Under the pieces are notes generated by a model that had not been told where the DNA came from, did not search any database, and worked only from the letters and a program-made list of their open reading frames with translations. Source: Podarcis melisellensis (taxonomy: Eukaryota). From it: a stretch of DNA of 64,000 bases. The position numbers and the translations under genes were made by a program. This document shows, piece by piece, positions 10,864-25,195 of this stretch (within the stretch, counting starts at the first letter, position 1; every line of letters begins with the position of its first letter). The stretch lies in NCBI GenBank assembly GCA_964234715.1, contig OZ174288.1. One strand, 5' to 3'.

Positions 10864-13800
10864 TGTACAGGGACAGTCAGTGCAGAGCCAAGATAGCATT
10901 GTGGCCAGCACCAGCTCTCTGAACATCACCACAGTGGCATGAAGGGAGGCAGGGAAGGCCAAGAGATTATTTACTCTGATAGCACAAAAGGCCTGCCTGG
11001 CAGTGGTGTTGTGGACACTGGTTGTTGATTTAGCTTTTTTGATCTCTTGTCTTGCTGCTACTCAACAAAAGAAATGTCTCTGAAAGTACATAAAGAAAGG
11101 CAGGAAAGGCAGAGAGGTGAATGATCATCAAGAGAGATCTATAGAAAAACTATAAGAGAAGAGGTCATGGCCTGTAGTACTGATATACTTTTTCGCTCCT
11201 TGAAATGTACTAAACTATGTGCTTTTCACTTTAATTACTAAGATCACTGTTAGATATGTGTCCCAAAAGGATCCTTTCTGAACATCCTACTCACACACTG
11301 TGGGATATATCTGCCTCATACAACCAACATGCTCAACTCTAAAAAAAATGCATGAATCCTACCAGGATTAGCTAGGTTGCACCCCCTCACCATGGGAGGA
11401 AAGGAACCAAACTCTTTGGTTTTTTACTTTCACCACATGAAGGAGGTCTAAGCTGGATGCCCCAAGCTTAGACAGTGTGGCTTAAGCAAACCAGATTTGT
11501 GTTTCTATACAAATAATTTAGAAACATTTACCTTTTGGGGAACCTAAGCCTGTTTTTTCCTACTGTTGCATAGAAAAAGCCATGAATCTGACCTTTGAAG
11601 AGATTGTAAGTAAGAAACTTAGGAAGAGATATTTTAAAGGTCTAGAAGCCTAGATTTCCATGCTTTACTTTGCTACATGTTTTGTGATTTTAAATCACTG
11701 CTGGGGCTCTCTCACCAAAGAGTTCTTGCCCCAAACCAGGATCTTAGATAGCCAATGAATTCTCTTTTTTAAAATTTTACCATAGCTAGGTGTTTTTTCT
11801 TTCATTTTAACCAAATTAAAACCAACACACACAGGACTTCTAGGTCGGTGAGCATATGTGTAACATAGGCCCTTTGCATGTTGGAATAGTTATGGCACAT
11901 CAACATCCATTGCTGGCAACAAGATAAACTTTTATGTCTACATCCAGGGTGGAAATGAGGCAGGTAATGAAGCATTAACAGCCACCCAGCAGTGGAAAGC
12001 ATATTTGAAGAGGCCATAACAAATTGAGAAGATTTAGGAGGCAGGGTTTGTAAGACTTACTCAAATTAAACCCTAACAATGGGAGGGAAGCTTCATTGTG
12101 TTGGCTTTTATATCTCTAGCTGCGTAGCTCAAGAAGGCAACCTATACAGATCTGAGAGTTTAAATGTATGTATGGATAAATACTGACATTCTAAAAATAA
12201 ACCTTGCATATTTAAAAGCTTCATTTTCTTTTCTCCCCCCACCATAAGCAGCAGTATTATTCAGAAAATGCACCATTGGCTTGGCAATCTCAGAATTTAT
12301 TGTTCATTAAAAATACATGCTAATTATCACAATTTTAATTAAAGTATTATCTGGTATATGTGAAATGCAATTATGTGCAACTGGCATAAGCTGTAAGGCA
12401 GGCTAATATTTGCAGAGAAGTGCAGCACTGGTATTGGTTCAGCACACGTACAATAAAGTGGTGTTTGTTTTCAAGTGAAAAATGGATAGATAGAACATTA
12501 AGCTGAGCCATTGCATAATCAAAGCAAAAACTGCAAGCCCTAGCAGGTGATTTTCAAAGTTTTATTTATTTATTTATTTGCCTCCTTTCCTATCCATATG
12601 AAGGTAACCGACTATAGCTATGATGTTCTAAGTGTTCCATTGCAGTCTTTGCCAATTTATCTTAGCAAGAAAGGGCACAATATGTCTGACAACATTACAT
12701 GCATGAAAAGATGTTAATAAAGACTTCAACAGAACAATTACAAAGACATATGAGGTTAGGAATTTCCTTGTTTAGGCTCCCCACCGATGGATGAGGTCAA
12801 CAGCTTTGTATTAGTTCAGCTGTACCAACTCTTGTGAACACTCCTCACATATGCAATATTTTTTGTTTGTGATTATATAAATCTGCCGTGACAAAATTCC
12901 TGGGGTGGGAGAGCTGGGAAGCAGGGCTCATTTCACCAGAAATTCACCAGGCACCTCCTGCCCCTCAACTATGCCAGATGAACATTATAGGAGCAACTGT
13001 TTAGAAACTGGTGCCTGAGTTTTGGTTTTGGTTTTCACCTTCCTTCCCTGCCCCCTTTCCCTTGTGTGTTGCATCATTTTTTAGATTGTAAGCCTGGGGG
13101 CAGGGACTGTCTTGTTTTGAAGAAACTGAAGCTACTGAGCCTTCAGTGATAGAGCTGGATGGTATTTCTAGCATTTAAACACACAATAATACCTAGATTG
13201 TATATAATTCACCTGGGAAGATCTAGCCACCTGCATGTGACAGGCTGCTGATATTATTGCACAAGCAAGCTTAACACGACAACAGAATCTGAAAGTTTGA
13301 GGTGTTTCATCTGTGTATTGCAGGAATTATAGGACACCATAAGAGGGTGACACGTGTAAGAGGTATAAGACACTCCTGTTCTTGGCTGGAAGAGAAAGGA
13401 ATGCACTTTGATGGAAAGAACCTATAGTTAAATAGAAGCCTGGCACTTTCTAAAACATGTATTCCTGTCTACTATGATAAGCACCTGCAGTGTTTGTTTC
13501 CTCAGATTGACACTAGTACATACCTACAATCACCCAAGGGAAAAATTATATACTAATCTCTTTATGAGACAAGATAAAATTAAGATAATTTGCTCTTTCA
13601 AATCAAGGTTGTATTGGATTTTGCATGAGCAACTAGTCTCCTTGCAGCTTTGCTACTGCAGAGAAAGCATGGCTTCAAATGTACACCTACCATAAATCTG
13701 TAGTTTTATGTTAGGCATCCATACACTGCCTTATCATTTGATGCTCAGGGCAGCTTATGAAAAGCCACAAAAATATAAACAATAGCCACTTACAAAACAA

Positions 13801-15039
13801 GCACTCACTGAACTACTTTTGTTGAAACATAGAGGCCCATGTGAATCTGCACTGCATAGGTCTTGGTATTTCTGGTAAAGTGCCAAAAGGCAGAGAGCTT
13901 TTGAGATAGGTGATCAGTCAACTATGATAAATGCACAAACAGGCAATATTGCTTTATGCAATTCTAAATTAATTACAATATTACTTTATTTTACACATGC
14001 ATAGGATGGCTACAGGATCATCTGCTTTCCAAAGTGTGTGGACAAGTAGCTTGGAGCGGCCCAGCTGACCACATGTATACTTAATTCTTACCCTTCCTGA
14101 CTAATAAGGTCTACCTGCTAGAGACTGGCCAGCCCATTGATTTTGGTGCTCAGTGGGTTCCTTGCCCAAAAGGATTCAGCCCATACCTTCTTAAGTGAGG
14201 CCATAAGATTCTGCTGAGAAATAACAGCAGGCTAGTCTTCATTTATCATTTTTGGAAAACCTTCTTGATCATGTGGCAAATCAGCTTGACAATTGATGGG
14301 ATCTGCATGTTACATATTGCACCAGAGGAAGATCTCTGATGGGACCTTTACACAGGAATAAATCTTCTTTAACACAAGAAATAAGTTCCTTTCCTTGCAA
14401 AACCTGGTTTAAAATGTTACAAATGGCAAAAGATACATTGTTTTCAGTCTTATAAACTTTTTTACACTAGTCCCAGTGTGAGCCTTTAAACATCTTTTAC
14501 TAAAATGTAGCTTTCTAACAAAAAAAATAAAAATATTGTTTCTCCCACTTTCTTCTACTGCAACACCCAAAGACCAACTGCTACATGCAATTCTTTGTGT
14601 GTCTGTATAATGCAAGCAGCTTGATTGCACATATAAACATTAGCAAAGACACTCAGGTTGCAGGTTCTTTCATCATCTTGTGATTCAACTTGTGATCCAA
14701 ACATAAGACCCAGCCACAAGGTAGCCTACCACAACCTTGGGTTGAAAAACATCAGCTACCTATGGAAAAATACTGGCTACATGTTCCTTCTTTTTGGCAA
14801 TCTGAATACAATGTAACTAAAATATAGCAATTTATCTAAAATTAAACATAATTTCAACCCTGCAGAAGTCTGGCTACTAGCCTGATTTTTAAGACTGAAA
14901 CTGCTTGGGCCACTCTTGTGAATGACTAGCATTGGGAGTGGGAGAATTCCTCACAGGTTTTGAGGGTGAGACAGCCAGAGGAAGCCCTGCTGCACATGTC
15001 TTGACTTTGCACAGGCGGAAACACTAAGTGTGCCCTTGA

Positions 15040-15288
15040 GGAGCTCCTGCCAACCTAACAGTTCGAAAGCACATCAAAGTGCAAGTAGCTAAATAGGCAC
15101 CACTCCAGTGGGAAGGTAAACGGCATTTCCGTGCGCTGCTCTGGTTTGCCAGAAGCGGCTTAGTCATCCTGGCCACATGATCCGTAAGCTGTACGCCGGC
15201 TCCCTTGGCCAGTAAAGCAAGATGAGCACTGCAACCTCAGAGTCATCCACGACTGGACCTAACACTCAGGGGTTCCTTTACATTTACC
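15040..15288 (+). mobile_element. Sauria SINE (5'-truncated)
   Basis: GCCAACCTAACAGTTCGAAAGCAC...GTGCAAGTAG core and TTTACC tail. Confidence 0.88.
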
Positions 15289-15949
15289 TATGCCAGACAG
15301 CACAGGGCAGCCTTTGGACACCCATCATACAGCTGAAGAAGAAATACAATTGAGGTGATTCTGATGACTTCCTTATTCTTGCAAAGAAGCCAAGGAGAAT
15401 GAAATATCTCTGTCACTTTTGATGAGCTACATTTGCTGATAATTTTTGTCCAGCAATCCATAACTTTATTACAGTCATAAGACCCATTCAAGTTAAAATG
15501 CAGAGCACAAACTATACACAAAATATACAGTTTCTCCAGTTTTGTTAATATGGTCAGTTGCCCTTTTCCGTGCAAGGTAATTAGGAAAAACTTAGCCATC
15601 TGTTCAGTTATATAAAAGATCTTATCTGATAAAAATGCTTTAATAATTGTTCTTCTGGTTGCCCTAGCAAACTAGTCATAAAGTAAGTTATACATTTCAA
15701 ATGTTACTGATTATCAAACAATAACTTGAACTGAACTTGTTCTATACCAAAAATAATTCCATTAACTGCTAGAAGAAAGATTTTCTTGAAGAAAAAAACT
15801 AATAACCAGGCTAATTTACAGTCTTTCAGATACTGAAGACTGTAAATTAATTTAAATAGCAGCACGACTCAAATAAAAAAGCAACCACCTAGTGAGAGTT
15901 TTTTCTGTCTATAAATATAAGGAGTGAAACATATAAGCAAACCCAAAAG

Positions 15950-16450
15950 ATGCTGAAACAACTTAAAGAGCTTAAAATGATAACATGTAATGAAGAGATC
16001 AAAATTAGTAAATTGGATTACTACATTCCTAGCACAAGAATGGTAAATCATCCTATCACAGTTGAGCAGGGGAGGCGTCTACAACAGCTGGTGTATCAGA
16101 AAATCCTCAAGGAAATCAGCAAGTACCAAATGGATGAAAGCAGTGCAGAATATTTACTGTGGATGGATTTAAGAAGGGAGCAAATCATGCATTCTACTTC
16201 TCTATAGACACCTTCTAGATAAAGTCTTAAAAAGATATAACTTCACTTCCGATCTTCAGAGCAGTGATCCAGCAAGCACAAGGGAGCCTTTAGATGCAGC
16301 ATTTCAAGTACAGCATGCATTAAAGAACTATTTAATAAATATGAGAAATGACTACCAAAGCACTGGGCAGCATAATTAATAAAAAAAATCCAAAACAGTT
16401 TAATGCAGAAGCCAATAAATTAGTTCAGAAGCAGCCTAATACCTATCACT
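15950..16450 (+). mobile_element. Possible decayed LINE endonuclease-domain fragment
   Basis: A-rich coding-like stretch with weak APE-like motifs (GRGGV-like, ILLLYR-like) spread over several frames. Confidence 0.3.
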
Positions 16451-17029
16451 TTACAGTGCCCTATGACAATGAAGGCATCTAGATTTCCACAATTTAGAAA
16501 AAGTCAAAACAATATTCTGATATTTGTAGAAATACACAACAGGAGAACTCAAAGATAAGCTTTGCTAAGACAGGTATTTATCAAATGCTACTGATAAGCT
16601 GTGCTAAGGCAAGTTCACAATCAAAAGTTCAATGTTAACTAACAGGAGCCTGGAGAACAGCCTTAATGGGAAAGAATTAATGTGGAATATTCACTCTTCA
16701 GCCAAATTGCCCAGGAGCTGCAAGCCAGTTTGCTCAAGTTTGCTATGCACCACCAATAGAAAAGATCAGGATGACTCAATGAACAGGTAACCTCTTTTCC
16801 CATGGAGTACAACTATGTTGACCCCATAATTAGGCAATGTGAGAAGCTTGCCACAGTTGGTAGATGATATGGGATGGAGCTAAACTTGTCCTCCCCAATC
16901 CATCCCTCAAAACCACAATAATGTGTGCACTCTCTCTTGAGAATATTCCATTTCTTCTTTTGCTGCTAGAGGAACCTGGCTAAATACAGCATGGAGGCTT
17001 TTGCTTCCCAGAATAACTGATCTTTCATT

Positions 17030-17340
17030 GAACCATAGAATTGCAGAGTTGGGAGGGATTATTCCAATGTTGAACAGTTCTCACTGTTCAGAAAGTTTTT
17101 TCTGATTGTTTAGTCAGAATCTCCTTTATTGTACCCTGAATCCATTGGTTCGAGTTCTACCCTTCAGAGCAGGAGAAAACAAGCTTGCTCCATAGTCCTT
17201 GTAACAGTCCTTTAGATATTTGAAGATGGCATCATATTTCCTGGCAGTCTCCTCTTTTCCAGGCTAAACATACGCAACTCCCTCAACTGTTCCTCAAGGC
17301 TTGATTTCCAGACTTTTAATCATCTTGGTCACCCTCCTCC
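17030..17340 (-). mobile_element. CR1 LINE 3' fragment
   Basis: Similar to the 3' part of the CR1 at 53758-55739 (CTCTTTTCCAGGCTAAACAT etc.). Confidence 0.8.
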
Positions 17341-18108
17341 ATTGCTTGAATGCTTTAAAGCTGTATTGGACAGGGGAAGATCACGAATTTTGGGAGTTCA
17401 GAGTTAATGAAGCTGACTCAGTTGACTGTCTGAACAAGGAACTCCAATCAGCAAAGCATCTTTCTCCATGAAGCAATAAAGTTGTTTAATTGCATAAGGT
17501 TAGATGTGAAATGCTATCGGTCAAAACACCCTAAGGCTGTTAAAATACATTGGAACTTTTCTTTTCTTTTTTCTTCATTAAGTTTTTGTTAAAGATAAAA
17601 TAAACAAAACAAAAACAAAAACAGAGAAAGAAAACACAGAGTCCTCTCTTAAAGGTATTTCTTAACCCTTGTCTCACACAGAAAGTGGTGAGCCCTCCCA
17701 GCTTTCACCTGGGAGCTTTCCCTTCTTCTCCTAATCTCTCACCCTGAGAGGTCTTCCTTCCCTTCCTCCCACTCAGGGTCTTTCCATCCATCCATTACCT
17801 CCATGTGTGAGTGTAATCCTTGGACCCCAATAATGGCTCAGAGCAGAGGACACCAAAGGAAAAATAAAAGAAGAAGAAAGAAGGAAAGAAAAGAATGAAA
17901 GAAGAAAAGAAAAGATTAAGAGGACTTCTAGTTTTCTGACTGTCAGTTACATAAAAGAAATTATTCAAAACATTCACTCTAGGATGACATCCAACTATTC
18001 TACTTTCTGTTAGGCAATATTTTCTCAATCTTCAAACCCAAATCTCTCAAATTCTTTCCCTTTCCTTTTCCCACAAAAAGTCCAAAACAATTAACAATAG
18101 TTTTTCTC

Positions 18109-20139
18109 AACATTATGATGGAGGATTGGGTTAAATTATGGAAAACTGACTTAAAATTTACAGATTGTTCACTATTGAAGGAGAACTACATGAAGATGAT
18201 GTACAGATGGTATACAACACCAGTGCAGCTAGGGAAAATGTACAAAACTAGTTCAAACATATGTTGGAAGTGTAAGGAAAAGGAGGGAACATTTTATCAT
18301 ATGTGGTGGGATTGTAAAGTAATTTAAAAATTTTGGGAAATGATATACAATGAACTGAAGAAAATGTTCCATTTAACATTTCTTAAAAAACCCGAGGCAT
18401 TTTTGTTGGGGATTGTAGGGAAAGACCTGCCAAAAAAGTTGAAAAACATCTTCATGTATGCGACAACGGCCGTGAGAGTTCTGGTAGCACAAGGATGGAA
18501 AACTGAAGAAATCCCAGCTAAAGAATCATGGCAAGAAAAATTGATGGATTATGCAGAACTGGCAAAATTGACACATAAGCTACGGGACAAGGATAACTGT
18601 GACTTTAAGGATGAATGGGAACCTTTCAGATAGATAGATAGATAGATAGATTCTTTATTGTCATTACACAAGTGCAACATTGCACAAGTGCAACGAAATT
18701 GGATGCCATCCCTTAAAAAAAAAAAAAGCAAAACAACAACAACAACCAAACAAACCACATTCCAGCCACACCCACACCCACACCCATCAAACTCCCAGGT
18801 CACACTATCGAGTTACAGCATTCAAAAAGGCCACAGCTCTTGGATAGAAACTATTTTTCAGTCTATTTGTCCTTGACTTGATGTTTCTATATCTCCTGCC
18901 AGAAGGCAGTAGTGCAAACAGACTGTATCCCGGGTGAGATGAATCCTGCAGGATGTTGTTTGCTTTCCTAAGACAACGGGAACCGTACAGTTCTTCCAAA
19001 GATGGGAGAGGATGACCAATAATCCTTTGGGCTGCGGTTATGACCTTCTGGAGCACCTTCCTCTCCCTAGCTGTACAACTGGAGAACCAAGCACAAATAC
19101 AGTATGTGAGAATGCTCTCTATGGAGCCTCGGTAGAAGGACACCAGCAGTCTCTCACTCAGATTGTTCTTCTTTAAAAGTCTGAGGAAATAAATTCTCTG
19201 CTGGGCCTTCTTCACCAGAGCAGTGGTATTTGCGCTCCAAGTCATGCCCTGATCGATAGTCACTCCCAAAAACCTGAATTCCGCCACCCTCTCCACCCGT
19301 TCCCCGTTGATATACAAGGGCTGAATGTCCGCCTTTTTTTCCCTGTAATCCACCACCAATTCCTTGGTCTTAGCCGTATTAAGAGCCAGATTGTTCTCTC
19401 CACACCAAACACAGAGCCGCTCCACCTCGTCCCGATAGGCGGACTCATCCCCTCCTGACATGAGCCCCACCACCGTAGTGTCATCAGCAAACTTGATGAT
19501 TTTGTTCCTGGAATAGATGGCTGTACAGTCATACGTATAGAGAGTATAGAGCAGGGGACTCAACACACAACCCTGTGGTGAGCCGGTGTTAAGGCTAAGG
19601 GCTTTGGACATATGTGACCCTACTCTAACCCTCTGAGAACGTTCTGACAAAAAATCCAAAACCCAGAGACAGGTGGAGTTGGAGAGTCCAATCGCCTCTA
19701 GCTTGGACACCAGTCTATGGGGGAGGATAGTGTTAAAAGCAGAGCTAAAATCCACAAACAGCAGCCTCACATAACTCCCCGGCTGCTCCAGATGGGACAG
19801 AGCAGCATGGAGAGTGGTGGTGATAGCGTCTTCTGTGGATCACACAACAAAGTATTTGAAGACGCAACAAAGTGAACTGGACTCCTTGGCAGGTTTTGAA
19901 TGAACATTCACAATTTTTTACTGATAATAATTAGCTAAACAGTTGGAGGATCTATACAACCCTGTAACATGCAGAAAATAGCATTATTGGAGAAACCAAG
20001 GACTGGAACTGAGGGAAGTCGGGGGGTGGGGTGGGGGATGGGTTTTATGGGGGGTGGGGGAGGAAAAATGGGGGGGAATAAGGATATGTTTTTGGAAAAT
20101 ATGTTTTGTTATAACTTTGAATTAAAAAAATTTAAAAAC
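18109..20139 (+). mobile_element. 5'-truncated L1 LINE, split by a Rex1 insertion
   Basis: ORF2 cysteine-rich C-terminus ([18 protein letters not shown]...KDEWEPF|TKYLKTQQSELDSLAGFE*), G-rich 3'UTR and A-rich tail. 16-bp TSD AACAATAGTTTTTCTC at 18093-18108 and 20140-20155. Confidence 0.9.
18628..19840 (-). mobile_element. Rex1/Babar LINE, 5'-truncated, uninterrupted RT ORF
   Basis: STEDAI...VRLLFVDFSSAFNTI...GSPQGCVLSPLLYTLYT...KFADDTTVVGL...KKAQQRIYFLRLL...LLPSGRRYR...RLKNSFYPRAV; AATAAA and a (TATC)n tail. Confidence 0.92.
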
Positions 20140-21949
20140 AACAATAGTTTTTCTCTAATCAAACACATCAACATTGCCTCCAATAACTTCAATAACCATT
20201 CCTCCATATTAAACAATAATAAAAATACAATTGCAAGTAAGAACTATTCATGTTTACTCAGAAGAAAGTTTCACTTATTTAAATGGAAGAAAGAAACACA
20301 CAATGGATGATCCCATTTCTGAAAATTTAAATCTCATCTTTACTGAACCAGCTTCTAGCCTTAAGCAAAACATGCAGATTGTTAGGTATAGGACAAGAGT
20401 AAAGAAAAATATTACATTTCTTCTGAGTTTCAGTGATTTACTAGTAAAAAAGCACACACATTAAAACAGAAGCTAAATTTGGTAGCATTACTGGGATAGA
20501 GAAAATGTAGCCGTCAGAAAGTAAAGTCTCACCTTCAGATGGTAGAATGTGACCTTACAGTTTTAAGATCCCACTTTTGAACTGTTTTTAATATTATTTC
20601 TGTAGAGCATTAAAGAGGCTACCCTAGCCACAACCAAAGTGAAAACGGAGCATCTTGGAGTGTACAGCATGACTCATCTCTTGAAGAACCAGCTAGAAAT
20701 GTAGCCAAGGACGAGGTAACAATGAGTAGTGTGGTCTGTGTGTGCATGTGTTTTACACACTGTATTTAATGTGCAATGAACTGCTAGCAAAAACAATCCT
20801 TGCCAAACACAGCTAAAAAAAAAATTTGCCAGCTGAATCAATACATTGTTGAACGGTTTTTTAAAAAAATGATTATTCATTTTTGAGTTAAGAAACTATT
20901 TAATTTACAATCCTTAGTATCTGAAATAAATTGCCCAGGGGCTTTTCTTCCCCCTTAAATAAAACTCCCTTCTTCAGTCACTGCAGTTTCATATATGCAG
21001 GCTCTCTCTCTTGACTTTTGACGAGGGAAGGAAGGTGAAAACTCATCTCTTCACTGAATCATAATGGTTTTCTATCCTAGCCTAAATAACTGACCGTTCT
21101 TAACTTAATGACCCACTTAATGACCCACAAAGAAGAATAAGAAATTGGACTATTTTCTCTACTTATTACAAGTTCAGGGTGTCTCTAGTAGGAACAGAAA
21201 CCATCTTAAGGTGTCAATAGTAACTATTAGGAAGAATAAGGAGGAATGAACAAAGTTTGCAAAAATATATCCAAAAGAAGAATGATGAGATAATGTGTCA
21301 GGAACTATAATGAGTTCTCTCTCAACAGATTATTTAAAAAATAAAAAGTAAATTAGTATGTTAATGTTAAACATCAGAATATATAGTCTACTTTACAAAT
21401 TTATCAGTGATAGTAAGGCTACATCCTTACTATCTGAGCATTGGTACATACAAGCCTGGAAAATAACAAAAATAGATATTTAAATGTAAATTAAGTGAGT
21501 GCTGTCTATATTTTGATACATTTTAATTCTAACATTTATATTTCTGAAGCAATGGAACCCCTAGTAACCCCATCCTGAATTCTACTGCCTTGATATTTTA
21601 GTCTTTTGTTCTGACAAAGCTGCCCCCCATATATTCAATGGTATAAGATTTATTAATATACAATTAAAGGTAACCAAATATTCGTTGTGTTTAACAAAAT
21701 TAACAAGATAGAATGTTCTCCCTGATTAAAAGTATTTTTAATAATAAATTGCCATTAGTGTCCATGGTACTTTTACAGAGAACAAGAGGGCAGATCCCTG
21801 TCCCAAGAAACTCAGTGTCTAAAATTTGATACAGGGCATTCAAAAGATGGACGAGAGGCAGAGGCGAACATGGAAACAACACACAGTACCTTCAGTAGCA
21901 AGGAGTTATGTTACAGTACAGATAGGGTTGTGCCAAAGGCTTCAAATAA

Positions 21950-22450
21950 AAAGTAGGTTTGGGGGAGGGATTTGAAGCAAGAGACATAGTATCATGCAGG
22001 TGTTCCAGGAGGCATTTCCACAGATTATAGGGCAGCAGGAGGAGGAATCTTTTGAGGCCATCTGCAGGTCCACCTGCACTCATATCAACCTGCCAGAGCC
22101 TTACTCTTGGCTTCTGAGGCCCTGTTCTCTGGTCCTTCAGCAAAAAATATTAGGCTGGTAAGTACTAGAGACAGAGCATTTCCTGTCATGACCCCATCAT
22201 TTCTGAAACCTCTTTGCCAAGGAGATGCATATGGCTTCCTCTCTGCTGCTTTTTAGGAGAACCCTACAGATTTTTAAAAGAAAGCCAGCCAGCTTTTGAG
22301 TGAGTTTAAGTCTATTATTTTCTTCCAATACTGTTTTAGATTAGCTGTGTTTTACATTATAGTTTTATATTTGTGTTATCTTATGCTTTGTTTTAATAAG
22401 TTGTGAGGTACCTCAGGGAAGGAACATCCCTGAGAAGCAACATATAACTA
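21950..22450 (+). mobile_element. L2 LINE 3' fragment (old)
   Basis: GACAGAGCATTTCCTGTCATG...GCCAAGGAGATGCAT motif followed by a T-rich 3'UTR. Confidence 0.5.
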
Positions 22451-22519
22451 ATGAAATGAATGACAATTTTTAGGGAGGAGCCAGGAAATGTCTGAGGGGT
22501 GAAGCTAATGGCCAGAGAC

Positions 22520-22823
22520 CAGTGCTGGATTAATGTATAAACTAAACAAGCTATAGCTTAGGGTCCCCTCTCTTGAGGGCCCCCCAAAATTTCACTATTA
22601 ATATACATCTTCTTAATTGTTTTTCAGTTCAACAATTACTTTGGTGAAATATTTTGTTATGTGCAAATGGCTTTAGCTACCTATTAGGTCCATAGATTAC
22701 CATATAGTATATATTCAACACAAAAACAGCAACAATTTGTTGTTGATAAAGGACGGCTGGACATATAAATGCCCCCATTACCTTCAGTAGCTTAGGGCCT
22801 CATCAGACCTAAATCCAGCCCTG
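22520..22823. mobile_element. hAT MITE
   Basis: TIRs CAGTGCTGGATT / AATCCAGCCCTG; perfect 8-bp TSD CCAGAGAC at 22512-22519 and 22824-22831. Confidence 0.88.
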
Positions 22824-23658
22824 CCAGAGACATATCATGATATAAGAGTGGAGAGATAAGGAGGGGGCGGTCATAGAGGGCTTAACGGCAAGAGACAAGG
22901 AGCTACAGTCAACTATTACACACACAATCCTCCTATAACATTCCTTGGACAGCTGGATGTATGTACATTGCTCTTCTGACATTGCTGATCCACTACATGC
23001 AAAAAGCCTTGATGATCCATTAATTGCTAACTAAATTACATAAGGGAAATGCTGGAGGACTAAAATATGTTTTAAAATACCCTAATTAACAGGAAGGGTA
23101 AAGCTCAAGTTAAAATCAGATTGGCATTTTAGATGTGTCAAAATTGAGAACACTGGTACACCTAGAGACAATGCTTAGGTAATCAGAGTGCAACTGTTTC
23201 ACTATGAATTGGTGAAGTGCTAATTAGACCAAAGGGAAAAAAAAACACTGTCATTGCAGGGTAAAAGAGTATAAAAGAAAACAAAAACTAATTGCCATTT
23301 CATTGTCAAAGAAAAGAGTATCAAGCACAGCAGCACAGTATGCAAAACCCCATTTTATAAGTAAATACCGGAAATCATTGCTAGTCAGATAATAGTGTGC
23401 TTTCCTAAAAGCATGCCAAGACAATGGTTAGAAAGAGCAAGGATCAGGCTGCTACAGGAGTAGGCCAAAATATTATCATCACAGAAATTATTCTGCTGAA
23501 GGGTTTTAGACCCAGTCCTAAAACACCCACATATCTCCACTATACAGATGCATTAGCTTGCTTTATTATCTCCAGAACTTAATCAGGGTGCTTAACGTGT
23601 AAGCAGCATTATCAAGTGCAATTAGTCATATTTCAAACAATAATTTACTTTAACTTAC

Positions 23659-23806
23659 ATTCTGCTGCTTGGTATAATCTTGTGCCCATCTCTAAACCAA
23701 GTCACTTGCGGTCTGGGGTAGCTTGTGATGTGTGGAAAGTTTAGGATTGTGGCTTGCCCTTCAGACACTGTTTTCCTCTGGTCCTCATCCTGGAAATTCC
23801 CCATGT
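23659..23806 (-). CDS. SDK1: Sidekick-1 coding exon 4 (148 bp; Ig domain 2)
   Basis: Read by hand as YMGNFQDEDQRKTVSEGQATILNFPHITSYPRPQVTWFRDGHKIIPSSRI. Acceptor ctctttgcag|AC, donor AT|gtaagt. In frame with exon 3. Confidence 0.95.
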
Positions 23807-24249
23807 CTGCAAAGAGAAGTTACATTAAGAAACCCAGAAGTTTCATCTTACATGAGGCCTCTTTTTAAAAAAGGGGTCACAGAGAATAATAATTATGTTT
23901 TATAGCAGTCATTGGCATTGCCATAATTAAGCAGCAAGAGATAACAACCTTGGGGTAGTGCTGAGGAGTGCAAGTTTGCGGGTGTGTACCGAGGCATGAG
24001 GCAAAGCCCAGTGACTCTAGGAGGACACCCAAGAAATGTCTCCGTCAGCACTAAGGCATGCTTGCATTTCCTTGGACAGGCAATTGACTTTTCCCCCAAT
24101 TGAAAATTGACACATTTAACAGCAGAAGAGCTTCTAAATTGTAATTTTGCAATATAAAAAAACACTCCTAAGGCGCATGTAAGCAAAACAGCTTTACATT
24201 GCAATTCTATGGTAGCACTTTCACAGGGACTTTGGGCAAGTAAGGGGAA

Positions 24250-24582
24250 AAAAGGAAAAGGGACCCCTGACCATTAGGTCCAGTCGTGACCGACTCTTGG
24301 GGTTGTGGCGCTCATCTCACTTTATTGGCCAAGGGAGCCAGCAAACAGCTTCTGGGTCATGTGGACAGCATGACTAAGCCGCTTCTGGTGAACCAGAGCA
24401 GCGCACGGAAATGCCTTTTACCTTCCCGCCGGAGCGGTACCTATTTATCTACTTGTACTTTGATGTGCTTTCGAACTGCTAGGTTGGCAGGAGCAGGGAC
24501 CGAGTAACGGGAGCTCACCCCATCGCGGGGATTCGAACCTCCGACCTTCTGATCGGCAACTCCTAGGCTCTGTGGTTTAACT
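24250..24582 (-). mobile_element. Sauria SINE
   Basis: Family core on the minus strand, including a tRNA-like head with B-box GGTTCGAATCCC. Confidence 0.9.
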
Positions 24583-24858
24583 CTGTGGTTCTTTCCCTTT
24601 TTTTCTTTTTTCTTTTTTTGGGTTTCTCCATTATATCTTGTACACTGCCAGTGACAGACTTGAAGCTATCAAACTTCAGCGCCCTGAATAAGGATGGAAT
24701 TTGGTGCGCACACACTCAAATACACACCTCTCACGCTCTGTTCTACAGCATTTGGTGCCCCCTGCAGTGCAGCGACCAGTGCAACTACCAGTCATGCCAC
24801 CCTAAAACCACCTGGTGAAGCAAGCTTTAACACTTCAAAAGATGGTGTGGCACCACGC

Positions 24859-24860
<2 letters not shown>

Positions 24861-24893
<33 letters not shown>

Positions 24894-25195
24894 TCCTGCC
24901 CATTTGACTGAGTTACCCCAGACACTCTGGGAAACTTCCAACAAAATATAAAGGGACAAAATGAAACATCAAACTCCCCCCCCCCCGCACCCTGAAACAG
25001 GGCAGCTTTCTATGAAAAGTCATTTCATTGTTTAATTTTTTAACATCTGATGGTAGGGTGTTCCACAGGATGGGCACAACTACTGAGAAGGCTCTCTGCC
25101 AGGTTCCCTGCAACTTCACTTCTCACAATGAGGGAACCACTGAAAGCCCCTCATAGCTGGACGTCAGTGTCCAGGCTGAACAAGGGGGTGGAGAT
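24861..25195 (-). mobile_element. L2 LINE 3' end with (TTA)n tail
   Basis: Similar to the L2 at 45704; RAFSVVVPILWNTLPSDV. Confidence 0.85.
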
